A stretch of DNA of 64,000 bases from Eubacteriales bacterium (GTDB lineage: Bacteria; Bacillota; Clostridia; Oscillospirales; CAG-272): contig JBJDZG010000025.1 in NCBI GenBank assembly GCA_051867875.1, forward strand, positions 18,101 through 82,100. Reading direction: 5' to 3'. A program made the translations under genes and the position numbers. Positions 38,136-47,689 of this stretch are shown here, piece after piece; within the stretch, counting starts at the first letter, position 1, and the number at the start of each line of letters is the position of its first letter. The notes beneath the pieces were generated by a model. The model was not told the origin of the DNA, searched no databases, and saw only the letters and a list, made by a program, of their open reading frames with translations.

Positions 38136-38537
38136 ATGATGATATCAACGAGAGGAAGATATGCTCTGCGCGTGATTATTGATTTGGCAGAGAACAACGG
38201 CGAGGGCTACACGGCTATGAAAGAGGTCGCCGACAGGCAGGGTATTTCGCTCAAATATCTTGAAAGAATTCTGCCCTTGCTTGTAAAGGCGAATATGATA
38301 GAGGGAATTCACGGAAAAGGGGGCGGATACCGCCTTACGCACGCGCCCGAGGATTACAGAATAGGCGATATTATCCGTCTGACCGAGGGAAATATTATTT
38401 CCGTGTCGTGTCTTGACTGCAAGGGCGAGCCGTGCCGTCGCAGCGCCGAGTGCAGAACTCTGCCGATGTGGAAGGGGCTTGACTGTGTGGTGAACGGTTA
38501 TCTTGACAGCATCACGGTAGCCGATTTGATGAAATGA
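38136..38537 (+). CDS. Rrf2 family transcriptional regulator (IscR/CymR-like)
   Basis: MISTRGRYALR start with a winged-helix N-terminus. The Cys cluster C..C.....C near aa 90-105 is compatible with Fe-S binding. Confidence 0.85.
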   Translation: MMISTRGRYALRVIIDLAENNGEGYTAMKEVADRQGISLKYLERILPLLVKANMIEGIHGKGGGYRLTHAPEDYRIGDIIRLTEGNIISVSCLDCKGEPCRRSAECRTLPMWKGLDCVVNGYLDSITVADLMK

Positions 38538-38540
38538 TAA

Positions 38541-38572
38541 AATCAGGACAGCGAAAGCGTCCTGATTTTTTT
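38541..38572 (+). terminator. Intrinsic terminator
   Basis: AATCAGGAC-AGCGAAAGC-GTCCTGATT followed by a T-run. Confidence 0.85.
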
Positions 38573-38743
38573 GAAAATTTCAGATATTTTTGCTCCGTGC
38601 AGGCACGTAAATTTTCGTTCATTTTTGAGAAAAACGCTACATTTAATTATATTCCGAGCATAAAATTCAAGTGTGGGGACTTAATTCTCAGATGTTCATT
38701 GTAAGAAGTTACAAAAAATATTAACAAAAATGGTAAAATTCTA

Positions 38744-38772
38744 TTGACAACTTGTAAAAAGCGTGATATAAT
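38744..38772 (+). promoter_or_regulatory. Sigma-A promoter for the lipoprotein gene
   Basis: TTGACA, 17-nt spacer, TATAAT. Confidence 0.7.
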
Positions 38773-38775
38773 CTA

Positions 38776-38789
38776 CTTAATCGATTAAG
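38776..38789. promoter_or_regulatory. LacI-family operator candidate
   Basis: Perfect 14-bp palindrome CTTAATCGATTAAG, 3 nt after the -10, with a central CG as in LacI/CcpA-type sites. Confidence 0.5.
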
Positions 38790-38826
38790 CAGATGCTTAT
38801 CGAAATAAAGAAACGAGGTAAGAACT

Positions 38827-40632
38827 ATGAAGAAAACGAGATTTTTCCGGATTTTTATTATTGCCGTACTCACGCTGTCCCTGCTTACGGGCTGTGTGGT
38901 AGACAAACCGCCGGTTGAGAAAAATTTCACCGTTACTTACTACGACGGTGAGACGGTTCTGAAAACGGAAACCGTCAAAGAAGGCGGAAAGGCGACCGAA
39001 TGGACTCCCGAAAAGGAAGGCTACACCTTTATTGACTGGTTCGGCGAGCCCTCAATGACACATAAGTTTGATTTTAACAATGCAATCACCGCCGACACTG
39101 CGGTATTTGCCGGATTTTCCGCTGCGTCCGTAGCAGACGTGCGTGAATTTTTCGTAGTCGGAAGCGGAACGAGCCCATTACTCATTACGAGCAACTGGGG
39201 TAAGGTCATAACCGACGAGCACAAAATGGAAAAGGCTGACGGTAAGAACGAATACACCGTTACTCTTGACCTCAACGCAGGCGACCAGTTCCAGTTCGCC
39301 ATCAACAGCGCGTGGGAAAATCAGAGAGGCTTCGGCTATCTCGACACGCTGACTCTTGAGGACGGCACGGTTGTTTTCAGCGGTGCGGGCACGATAGGTG
39401 AAAACTCCGCCAAGAGAAACAACATCAAGGTTGAACTTTCGGGCAACTACACGTTTACCCTTACAACTCACCCTGCGGACGACACTTACGAGTCCAACCA
39501 CCCCAGCTACACTGAGGCGGGTAAGGAAAACTTCAATATCAACCCCTTCGACAAAATTACTTGGGTTCGCAACGGCGACGTTCAGTCCGAGGTTGAAGTT
39601 GTTACCGATTTCTATATCAAGGGCGCAGGCATCACGGGCTGGCAGGACGTTTACACTCCCGCAACCAAGATGACGAACGCCGACGGCGTTTACACTCTTA
39701 CGATATATCTCAAAGAGGGCGAGGAATTTCTCTTTACCTCTATTAACACCGCAAACGGCGTAAGCTCGGTAGGTGCAGATTATCTCAGAGCTTCAAATCT
39801 TGACGAGGCAAGCAAGGCATTCCTTGACGCGAACGCTTCTTACAACATGGTAGCAAAGGCTTCGGGTACTTATACGTTCACGTATACTGCGGCCACAGAG
39901 GTCCTTTCCGTAACATTTGATGCGAGTGCCGGTTTACCTGACGCTGATTACTACATCGACGGAACATTTGCAGACGGTGTTGCAGACTGGAACGGTTACT
40001 GCTTCAACGAAGCGTTCAAGCTTACGGAAACGTCAGAGGGCATTTACGAGATTAAGAACGTAGCTCTCAAAAAGGATTCGCAGATTATAATTCAGATGTT
40101 TAAGGCAGGCTCAACCGAGCGCGGCGAGTGGGGCACACCCGGCTACAACGGTCTCGGAAGCTTCAACTATAACTATCTCGTCGGCGGCGGAGAAGCGTTC
40201 AGCGCAGTCGGCGGCGGAAACAACAATATCAAGGTGCTCGAAGCAGGCAATTACGACATTACCTTTAACGAATACACCAAGGTTATGACAATCAAAAAGG
40301 TTGAGTCCGTTACTTATGATATCTTTATCAAGGGCGGAATGAACGGTTGGGCTCACGATTTCAAGGACGAATATAAGCTCGAAATGGACGGAGATACTTA
40401 TGAGATTACACTCACCTTCGAAAAGGATTGGGAATTCGGTCTTGTGGGCTATTTTTCCGACTCCTACGTCGGATACGGAGACTGGATAGGAAAGGACGTT
40501 CTCGGTACATCGGGCGACGCTAACGGAGTTTTCCTTCAGGAAGGCGCTTACAACCTCAAATGCGCCGAGGCGAGTACGTACAGAATAGTGTACAATAAAA
40601 CCGCAAACACCATTGATATTTATAAAGCATAA
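38827..40632 (+). CDS. Surface lipoprotein with an N-terminal Listeria-Bacteroides (Flg_new) repeat and about four CBM-like modules; putative alpha-glucan binding
   Basis: LLTGC lipobox. FTVTYYDG...GYTFIDWF repeat. Four roughly 100-aa modules with the pattern G..W.....M....G.YT.T..L..G.EF.F. Sits next to the GH13/maltodextrin ABC locus. Confidence 0.65.
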   Translation: MKKTRFFRIFIIAVLTLSLLTGCVVDKPPVEKNFTVTYYDGETVLKTETVKEGGKATEWTPEKEGYTFIDWFGEPSMTHKFDFNNAITADTAVFAGFSAASVADVREFFVVGSGTSPLLITSNWGKVITDEHKMEKADGKNEYTVTLDLNAGDQFQFAINSAWENQRGFGYLDTLTLEDGTVVFSGAGTIGENSAKRNNIKVELSGNYTFTLTTHPADDTYESNHPSYTEAGKENFNINPFDKITWVRNGDVQSEVEVVTDFYIKGAGITGWQDVYTPATKMTNADGVYTLTIYLKEGEEFLFTSINTANGVSSVGADYLRASNLDEASKAFLDANASYNMVAKASGTYTFTYTAATEVLSVTFDASAGLPDADYYIDGTFADGVADWNGYCFNEAFKLTETSEGIYEIKNVALKKDSQIIIQMFKAGSTERGEWGTPGYNGLGSFNYNYLVGGGEAFSAVGGGNNNIKVLEAGNYDITFNEYTKVMTIKKVESVTYDIFIKGGMNGWAHDFKDEYKLEMDGDTYEITLTFEKDWEFGLVGYFSDSYVGYGDWIGKDVLGTSGDANGVFLQEGAYNLKCAEASTYRIVYNKTANTIDIYKA

Positions 40633-40650
40633 TATCACCGAATTATAAAA

Positions 40651-40704
40651 AGCTCGGGCAAAAATTTTGCCCGAGCTCAGCTTGCTGAATATTTCAGCAA
40701 GCTG
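40651..40704 (+). terminator. Two consecutive hairpins after the lipoprotein gene
   Basis: AGCTCGGGCAAAAATTTTGCCCGAGCT (40651-40677) and CAGCTTGCTGAATATTTCAGCAAGCTG (40678-40704). Confidence 0.7.
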
Positions 40705-40706
40705 AG

Positions 40707-40912
40707 GTGCCGCTGAGAAAGGCAGGGATATTTTTCGTTCTCATTCTCGTCGCCGTACGAGAGTACGGCAGAGTTTGAGAACGGAAAAAGCAAGTCGGCA
40801 CAAGGATATCCCAATGATATCCTTGCGCCGGTTCTAAAACATATTATTTTCGTTTTCGGTATTCAGATATTCGCTTTTTATACTTGCGGTAGCACGGCTT
40901 TGTCAGCGGTGT
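40707..40912 (+). repeat. Structured 205-nt dispersed element, copy 2
   Basis: Aligns with 17401-17605. It shares CCGCTGAGAAAG.CAGGGATATTTTTCGTTCTCATTCTCGTCG...GAACGGAAAAAGCAAGTCGGCAC at the 5' side and ACTTGCGGTAGCACGGCTTT.TC.GCGGT at the 3' side. Confidence 0.7.
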
Positions 40913-40913
40913 A

Positions 40914-40940
40914 AGCTCGGGCAAAGTTTTTGCCCGAGCT
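40914..40940. repeat. Second copy of the terminator hairpin at 40651-40677 (direct repeat bracketing the element)
   Basis: AGCTCGGGCAAAGTTTTTGCCCGAGCT versus AGCTCGGGCAAAAATTTTGCCCGAGCT. Confidence 0.7.
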
Positions 40941-40978
40941 GTTGTGGATATTTACGGTATTGTTATATAATGAGGTGG

Positions 40979-41767
40979 TCAAACCTCATACGCGTGAACG
41001 TCGAACTGCTCGTGCGAGAGCGCTTGTTTTATGCAGGTAGATACCTGTGAAAATTTCCTCCTTGAAACCTGTTCGGGCATATAGACGTTCACGCCCCTCA
41101 TAGCGAGATAGGAGCGCACGACTCCGTCGAGCGTCAGGACGCTCTCGGCTTTTACCGTGTCAAGCCCGCTAAAACTGTTTACGAACTGTACGAGAGGGAA
41201 AAGCGATTGAATTTTCTCTTTGAGCGCGTCGTCGCAGGGCGTTATGGACACGAAGGTGTATCCGCCACCGAGGTGTCTGTCGGCGTTCTCTTTTAAGAGA
41301 GAGAGGTCGGTGTTCACCTGGAAGAAGAGCTTATCGTCGATAAAGGAATCGACGGCGATAAGGGGAATATAGTTTGCTTTTCCTATTTTGTAAAAGTCCT
41401 CTTTTGAAAATCCGACGGCGACGATGCAGTCGGCGTTCGTGAATCTCTTAAAGGGCTCAGCTGAAAAAACCAGGCTGTAATTCGTTTCAACTGCGCCCTC
41501 AAGCTCGCTCATAATGCTGAAAAATTCGGCGCGGGAGAGCTCGTTTGAGTGGTCGGAGCACACGGCGACGAGCTTGCTTTCGGGTGCGGAGCGAAGGCTC
41601 TTTGCGTAGATGCTCGGCTTATAATTGAGCATATTTATCACGTGCCAAACCTTTTGCTTTGTTTCGTCGCTTATTGTCTGGTCGGCTCTGTTATTTATAA
41701 CGTAAGACACCGTTGCGGCGGAAACCCCCGCTTCTCTTGCAACGTCGTGTATAGTAACTTTTTTCAT
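40979..41767 (-). CDS. LacI family transcriptional regulator (short, 262 aa)
   Basis: N-terminal HTH VTIHDVAREAGVSAATVSYVINN followed by a periplasmic-binding-protein-like fold. Confidence 0.85.
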   Translation of the reverse strand: MKKVTIHDVAREAGVSAATVSYVINNRADQTISDETKQKVWHVINMLNYKPSIYAKSLRSAPESKLVAVCSDHSNELSRAEFFSIMSELEGAVETNYSLVFSAEPFKRFTNADCIVAVGFSKEDFYKIGKANYIPLIAVDSFIDDKLFFQVNTDLSLLKENADRHLGGGYTFVSITPCDDALKEKIQSLFPLVQFVNSFSGLDTVKAESVLTLDGVVRSYLAMRGVNVYMPEQVSRRKFSQVSTCIKQALSHEQFDVHAYEV

Positions 41768-41831
41768 ATTTATACTTCCGTTTTCCTAATAAACGGCTTT
41801 CCGTTTTCAAAAAAGCCGTATTCTACACTGA

Positions 41832-41860
41832 ATTATACCTTTTTTTGGACAAAAAGTCAA
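41832..41860 (-). promoter_or_regulatory. Sigma-A promoter for the LacI-family gene
   Basis: On the minus strand: TTGACT (41860-41855), 17-nt spacer, TATAAT (41837-41832). Confidence 0.6.
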
Positions 41861-41887
41861 GATATAGACACACAAAGGATAAAAATT

Positions 41888-43582
41888 ATGACTGAAAATG
41901 CAATTTTTCACGAGCCCGAGTCAAAATATTGCTTTGCCACGGGCAAAAATACGGTAAAGGTGCGACTTCGTATTTCAAGAGAGGACCGTCCTGCGAGGAT
42001 TGAGGTCATCTACGGCGGAAAATACGATTTTGCGCTTGCACAGTTTTCAAAAGAGATGAATATTATAGCCAAAGACAGGCTTTACACATATTACGGCGCG
42101 GAGCTGACGCTCTCGGATTTGCGCCTTACCTACGTTTTCAAAATTTACGAGGGTGGGAAGGTTATGTACTACTCCGAGGACGGTCTGACGGATAATTACG
42201 ATTTTGAATTTAACTATTACAACTGTTTTCAGTATTCGTACCTCAACGCAAGCGACATACACAGTACGGTGCGAGGTGCTGAAAATGCGGTGTTTTACCA
42301 GATATTCGTTGACCGCTTCCGCAGAGGAAACACGGCGAAGGACACGTCTTACATCAATATGGACTGGGGCGATATTCCAACGCCCAAGAGCTTTGCGGGC
42401 GGCGACCTTGACGGAATTTGCGAAAAGCTCGGTTACATAAGCTCGCTCGGCGCGAATTGCATCTATCTTACGCCCGTGTTTGAGTCGGTTTCAAATCACA
42501 AATACGACACAAAGGACTACTATACCGTTGACGAAATGTTCGGCGGCAGGGCTGCACTCGAAAGACTTGTCAAGTCCGCGCACGAAATGGGAATGAAGGT
42601 CGTGCTTGACGCGGTTTTCAATCATTGCAGCGAACTTAACGCACTTTTTGCAGACGTTAAAGCAAACGGCGAAAAGTCAAAATACCGCGACCGGTTTATT
42701 ATCGACAGCTTTTCGCCGCTTTCCTACGAATGCTTTTCGTCCTGCGAGTATATGCCCAAATTCAACACCTCAAATCCCGATACGTGCAGGTATCTTATCG
42801 ATATCGCAAAATATTGGACGCGCGAGCTCGGCATTGACGGCTGGCGTCTTGACGTGTCCGACGAGGTTTCACACACATTCTGGCGCGAGTTCAGAAAGGA
42901 AATCAAGGCGCTCGACGGGGATTGCATTTTGATTGGCGAGAACTGGCACAACGCTAATGTGTATTTGCGCGGCGACCAGTTTGACGGAATTATGAATTAC
43001 GCGCTGACAAAGGCGTGCCTTGACTTTTTTGCCTTCGGTACGCTTGACGCAGAGGGCTTTGCCGACAAGCTCGGCGAACTTTTGATGAGAAACAGCGACA
43101 CCGTAAATTCCATGATGCTCAATCTGCTTGACAGCCATGACACGCACAGATTTTTAACCCGCGTGGACGGCGATGCGGAAAAGCTTATGAGCGCGCTTGC
43201 CGTTATCTTCTTCTATCCCGGTATGCCGTGCATTTATTACGGTACGGAAAACGAGATGCTCGGCGGGTACGACCCCGACTCGCGCCGCACGTTTGATTGG
43301 AGTCTTGAAAACGCGGAGAACGCCACGAAAAACCTTATAAAAACGCTCTGTGCAATAAAGCAGGACGGGGATTTCAAGTACGGAGAATTCCGCGTTTTAT
43401 GCGAAAACGGGCTCGTTATTCTCGAGAGGGTAGGGGAGTCCAAGACGTATCGCCTGAGCATAAACGGAAATCCGCACGAGATTTTGTATGAAACAGATAA
43501 TGCCGCGGTTTCTTTCTGCGGCAAAAACGTGATAAAGCCCTACGGCTTTGTCATTGAAACAGTAACAAACGCTCAAAAATAA
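41888..43582 (+). CDS. GH13 alpha-amylase family enzyme (neopullulanase/cyclomaltodextrinase/maltogenic amylase type)
   Basis: GH13 conserved regions DAVFNH, GIDGWRLDVSDEV, LIGENW and LLDSHDTHR. ATG 41888 is preferred because the ORF-track start at 41549 overlaps lacI on the opposite strand. Confidence 0.85.
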   Translation: MTENAIFHEPESKYCFATGKNTVKVRLRISREDRPARIEVIYGGKYDFALAQFSKEMNIIAKDRLYTYYGAELTLSDLRLTYVFKIYEGGKVMYYSEDGLTDNYDFEFNYYNCFQYSYLNASDIHSTVRGAENAVFYQIFVDRFRRGNTAKDTSYINMDWGDIPTPKSFAGGDLDGICEKLGYISSLGANCIYLTPVFESVSNHKYDTKDYYTVDEMFGGRAALERLVKSAHEMGMKVVLDAVFNHCSELNALFADVKANGEKSKYRDRFIIDSFSPLSYECFSSCEYMPKFNTSNPDTCRYLIDIAKYWTRELGIDGWRLDVSDEVSHTFWREFRKEIKALDGDCILIGENWHNANVYLRGDQFDGIMNYALTKACLDFFAFGTLDAEGFADKLGELLMRNSDTVNSMMLNLLDSHDTHRFLTRVDGDAEKLMSALAVIFFYPGMPCIYYGTENEMLGGYDPDSRRTFDWSLENAENATKNLIKTLCAIKQDGDFKYGEFRVLCENGLVILERVGESKTYRLSINGNPHEILYETDNAAVSFCGKNVIKPYGFVIETVTNAQK

Positions 43583-43603
43583 CGCTCACAAGGGGGAACA
43601 GTT

Positions 43604-45058
43604 ATGAAGAAAAAAGCCATAGCCGCCGTAGCTTGTCATCTGGCACTGATAATCACGCTCATTTCCGTCGTTGGATATTTCGGTATTCTCAGCCGAAACG
43701 GAGAAACGGAAAGTGCCGACAAATTCACGGGCGAGCTTGAAAGAAATGTAACTATCCGCGTCCTTGAAAACGACACGGCGAAGGAGCTCGGCTACCTTGA
43801 CGCACTCCTTTCGGCGTTTAACGAAAAGTACAAGGAGTACGGCATCGTCGCGGTGGACGCCAATATGGACCAGTATACCGACCTTGAAACGGGCGGTCCT
43901 TACGGCTACGGCCCCGACGTGCTCTATCAGGCCAACGATGCGGTGATGAAATACGTGGACGGCAAGCATATTATGCCCCTGCCGATTGAGGAATTTGACT
44001 GCTACGGCACGGTCTGCGACAATGCGTGGCGCGCGTACGAGGCAAGCGTATCGGGTCAGACCTTTACGTTTGGCGTTCCCGTAAACGTTCAGCAGCCGCT
44101 CCTGTATTACAGAAAGGACCTTCTTCCGCAGGACTGGGAGAGCGAGTGGGACGACGACAAAAACGGTATTCCCGATATGGTTGAAACCTGGTCGGATATG
44201 TACAAATATTCGCAGCAGGTGGTATCGCAGAACAACGGCAAATACGGATATATGAAATCTCTCAACGACGGTTATTTTGCCTCCGGTTATTTTCTCTCCT
44301 ACGGTGCGTACGTTTTTGGCGGCGAGGATAGAAAGGACACGAAGGACGTCGGATTTTCCAAGGGCGAGGGCTACAAGGGAGCGAAAATCATTCGCACGCT
44401 TGCGTCGGTTATGAATATGGAGTGCACCGAGGACACTATCACGAAAAACTCTTATTCGCGTTTGGCTCAGGGCACGTATTTTGCTACGATGACCACGCCC
44501 GACGTTTATTCGCTCTTCTATAAGGAGCTTGTAAATCAGTATATCTCGCAGGGACTTTCAAGGAGCGATGCCGAGCTTAAAGCAAAAGAAAATCTCGTCG
44601 TTACTAACGTCCCGAAGCTCCCCGTCAGCGGCGACCTTAACGACACCGACGGCGAGATGATGGACATGACCGTTATGGGCGGTGTAAACGGCTACGCGAT
44701 AAGCTCTTACACGAAAGCGCCGAACGCGGCGCTCGAATTTGTGAAGTTTGCCACGTCCTACGAGATGATTTCACTCCGCTGTGAAATGCTCGGCATATCC
44801 CCCGCGAGAAGGGATATCGCAGAGAAGCTCGGCGGTCTTTCAAAAATGGTATTCGACAATCTTGAAAACGGCAGTATCTACGTAATGCCCAGCGTAAGGG
44901 CGCTCGGTCAGGTCTGGACTCCTTTGCAGACCTATTGCGCGCTTATTGCCGACGATATTCTGACGGGCAAGAACGTTTACAATACGGACGAGAAAATCAA
45001 GGCTCGTCTTGAAGAAGTAGACAAACAAATCTACGACGCCATTAACACGCTGAATTGA
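43604..45058 (+). CDS. Sugar (maltodextrin-type) ABC transporter substrate-binding protein
   Basis: N-terminal anchor, MalE-like family 1 SBP character, followed by MalF/MalG-like permeases. Confidence 0.8.
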   Translation: MKKKAIAAVACHLALIITLISVVGYFGILSRNGETESADKFTGELERNVTIRVLENDTAKELGYLDALLSAFNEKYKEYGIVAVDANMDQYTDLETGGPYGYGPDVLYQANDAVMKYVDGKHIMPLPIEEFDCYGTVCDNAWRAYEASVSGQTFTFGVPVNVQQPLLYYRKDLLPQDWESEWDDDKNGIPDMVETWSDMYKYSQQVVSQNNGKYGYMKSLNDGYFASGYFLSYGAYVFGGEDRKDTKDVGFSKGEGYKGAKIIRTLASVMNMECTEDTITKNSYSRLAQGTYFATMTTPDVYSLFYKELVNQYISQGLSRSDAELKAKENLVVTNVPKLPVSGDLNDTDGEMMDMTVMGGVNGYAISSYTKAPNAALEFVKFATSYEMISLRCEMLGISPARRDIAEKLGGLSKMVFDNLENGSIYVMPSVRALGQVWTPLQTYCALIADDILTGKNVYNTDEKIKARLEEVDKQIYDAINTLN

Positions 45059-45072
45059 AGGGGTGAAAGACG

Positions 45073-46446
45073 GTGAATAAAGTTTTATGCGGAATAAAAA
45101 CGTGGTTTATCTCCGTAAAGGAGAGCGTTGCCAAAGCCTTGAACTCGGCAAAAGCACTCTTTTCCGATGCGAACTGTAAAGTTACGGCATCAATGCTCCT
45201 ACCGGGGCTCGGACAGTTGCTTTATAAGAGATTTTCGAGAGGTATTCTGTATCTTCTGGCATCGGCATTGCTTATTGCATACTTTATAGTCCGCGGTGCT
45301 GCCGACATTTTCGGATTTTTCACTCTCGGAGATATCGAGGGCAACGCATGGTTCGGCATTGAGGGCGACAATTCCGTCGTTATGCTGATAATGGGTATTC
45401 TTGCGATTCTGGCGCTCGTCCTGTATATTGCGATATACGTCGCCAATATCAAAGATGCATACTCGCTACAAAAAACAGAGGAAGCGGGAAAAGCGCTCCC
45501 GACTCTTAAAGACGACATCGGCGATTTGTTTGACAAATCATTTTATAAGGTCGCGCTCGCCCTTCCCGTGCTCGGGGTTTGCATATTCAGCATACTGCCC
45601 ATAGTGTTTATGATACTGATAGCGTTCACAAACTACGGCGGAGATATCATTCCTCCGAAGCTCGTGGACTGGGTGGGATTTGAAAATTTCGGCAAAATAC
45701 TGACGCTCGGTCAGTTTGCGCCTACGTTCTTCAAAATATTCGGTTGGAACATGGTATGGGCACTTTTATCCACGGGCATTAACTATTTTGCGGGGCTCGG
45801 GCTTGCGCTCCTTCTCAACAAAAAATGTGTAAAGGCAAAGGCAATCTGGCGCGCTTTTCCCGTGCTTGCATACGCCATTCCCGGATTTATCACGCTTCTC
45901 GGATTTAAGTTTATGTTCTCCTACGGCGGGCCGATAAATTATTACATACAGCAGATGGGCGGTGAAGCGATAGGCTTCCTCGGCATTGACTCCACCTATA
46001 TAGCGCGCATCATCGGCTTGCTCGTCAACGCGTGGATAAGCGTGCCGTCGATTATGCTCATGGCGACGGGTATTCTTTCAAATATCAATACCGACCTTTA
46101 CGAGGCGGCGGAAATTGACGGAGCGAATGCGTGGCACATTTTCGTAAAGATTACTCTGCCTTACGTGGTCTTTGCGACGACTCCCGTGCTCATTTCCCAA
46201 TTTATCGGAAATTTCAACAATTTCGGTATATTCTATTTTTTGCGTGGCGGCTTGTATTCGGAGGGATATTTCCTTGCGAGCGACACGGATTTGCTTATCA
46301 ACTGGCTCTACAATATGTCAATAGACAACAACTACTACTCCATCGGCGCGGCGATAAGCCTGATTATTTTCATAATTACGTCGGTAATTTCGCTGGCGGT
46401 ATACGTTATGTCGCCGTCGTATAAGCAGGAGGAAACGTACAGATGA
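45073..46446 (+). CDS. Sugar ABC transporter permease (MalF-like)
   Basis: 457 aa, polytopic, with the EAA loop YEAAEIDGANAWHIF. Confidence 0.85.
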   Translation: MNKVLCGIKTWFISVKESVAKALNSAKALFSDANCKVTASMLLPGLGQLLYKRFSRGILYLLASALLIAYFIVRGAADIFGFFTLGDIEGNAWFGIEGDNSVVMLIMGILAILALVLYIAIYVANIKDAYSLQKTEEAGKALPTLKDDIGDLFDKSFYKVALALPVLGVCIFSILPIVFMILIAFTNYGGDIIPPKLVDWVGFENFGKILTLGQFAPTFFKIFGWNMVWALLSTGINYFAGLGLALLLNKKCVKAKAIWRAFPVLAYAIPGFITLLGFKFMFSYGGPINYYIQQMGGEAIGFLGIDSTYIARIIGLLVNAWISVPSIMLMATGILSNINTDLYEAAEIDGANAWHIFVKITLPYVVFATTPVLISQFIGNFNNFGIFYFLRGGLYSEGYFLASDTDLLINWLYNMSIDNNYYSIGAAISLIIFIITSVISLAVYVMSPSYKQEETYR

Positions 46447-47303
46447 AAGATAAAAAATATAAAAAGAACAGAAAAGCCAACGCGGGAAAAATCCTCAACG
46501 TAGTTATTACGTACTGTATTCTGATTATAGTCGCTTTTATATTTTTCTTTCCGTGCCTTTGGCTGATACTTGCGTCCTTTTCAAAATCGGGCTCGATTTA
46601 CTCGTTTGACGGATTCTTTCCCTCGGAGTATGGCTTTGAATCCTTCAAAACGCTCTTTACGGACACCGTGATGTATAACTATAAACAGTGGTTTTTGAAC
46701 ACGCTTTTTATTGCATCGGCGAGCTGTATTCTCGGCACGCTTCTGACTATTCTGACGGCGTACTGTATGTCGCGGTTCAGATTCAAGAGCCGTAAGGCGA
46801 TGATGAAAACGACACTCGTGCTCGGAATGTTCCCGTCGTTTATGGGAACGATAGCGGTCTATCTGCTTATGACGCAGTTTAATTTGATTAATCAGCACTG
46901 GGGACTGATACTTATCTACTCGGCGCAGGCGCCCATGGGATATATGGTGCAAAAGGGCTTTTTCGATACGATACCGTACTCGATAGACGAGGCGGCGAGA
47001 ATTGACGGAGCGACAAACTTCTCCGTTTTTGTGAAAATCATTTTGCCGCTCTCGAAACCGATGCTCGTATATACCGCACTTACGGCGTTCACATGGCCCT
47101 GGTCGGACTACATTCTGCCCAAAATGCTCCTGCAAAATAAGGACCTCTACACCGTTGCGGTAGGGCTTATGTCACTTGGAGAAACCGAATTTTCGCGCTT
47201 CGCCGCGGGCTCGATATTTATTGCGATACCCATTATAATTCTGTACTTCTGTTTAGTCAAGTATATGATAAACGGCATGGCGGCAGGCGCTGTTAAGGAA
47301 TAA
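46443..47303 (+). CDS. Sugar ABC transporter permease (MalG-like)
   Basis: 286 aa with the EAA loop DEAARIDGATNFSVF. Overlaps the upstream stop by 4 nt. Confidence 0.85.
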   Translation: MKDKKYKKNRKANAGKILNVVITYCILIIVAFIFFFPCLWLILASFSKSGSIYSFDGFFPSEYGFESFKTLFTDTVMYNYKQWFLNTLFIASASCILGTLLTILTAYCMSRFRFKSRKAMMKTTLVLGMFPSFMGTIAVYLLMTQFNLINQHWGLILIYSAQAPMGYMVQKGFFDTIPYSIDEAARIDGATNFSVFVKIILPLSKPMLVYTALTAFTWPWSDYILPKMLLQNKDLYTVAVGLMSLGETEFSRFAAGSIFIAIPIIILYFCLVKYMINGMAAGAVKE

Positions 47304-47305
47304 AA

Positions 47306-47337
47306 TAAAAAGAGTGCCGCGAAACGGCACTCTTTTT
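47306..47337 (+). terminator. Intrinsic terminator of the maltodextrin operon
   Basis: AAAAAGAGTGCCG-CGAAA-CGGCACTCTTTTT. Confidence 0.85.
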
Positions 47338-47371
47338 TGCCAAGCGAGCTTGCTCTTGAAGACATCACGAT

Positions 47372-47650
47372 ACGGTGAGCAGAAAACAAGGCTCACCGTA
47401 CGGGAATCGAGACGTCGTTTTTTGCTGCGCAAAAAGCCGACACCGAGATTTGCCGGCGCAAACTCGCCCATAATCGCGCTTCGCGCGAATGGGTTCTCTG
47501 CCGAGACGGTGAGCAGAAAGCAAGACTCACCGTACGGGAATCGAGACGTCGTTTTTTGCTGCGCAAAAAGCCGACACCGAGATTTGCTGGCGCAAACTCG
47601 CCCATAATCGCGCTTCGCGCGAATGGGTTCTCTGCCGAAACGGTGAGCAA
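47372..47650. repeat. Tandem repeat, 2.1 units of 134 bp, each unit carrying a copy of the tRNA-Glu 3' end
   Basis: Units at 47372-47505 and 47506-47639, plus a partial third. CCGTACGGGAATCGA occurs at 47396-47410 and 47530-47544, and in tRNA-Glu at 47697-47711. Confidence 0.85.
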
Positions 47651-47651
47651 T

Positions 47652-47687
47652 AAAAAAGCAGGATACCTTATGGTATCCTGCTTTTTT
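47652..47687 (-). terminator. Intrinsic terminator downstream of the tRNA genes
   Basis: AAAAAAGCAGGATACC-TTAT-GGTATCCTGCTTTTTT (symmetrical). Confidence 0.85.
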
Positions 47688-47689
47688 AT

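Noticed and set aside
41549-41887. Long N-terminal extension of the GH13 gene suggested by the ORF track.
   Set aside because: It overlaps the LacI-family gene on the opposite strand and its promoter region. GH13 similarity begins only at MTENAIFHEPESKY (ATG 41888).
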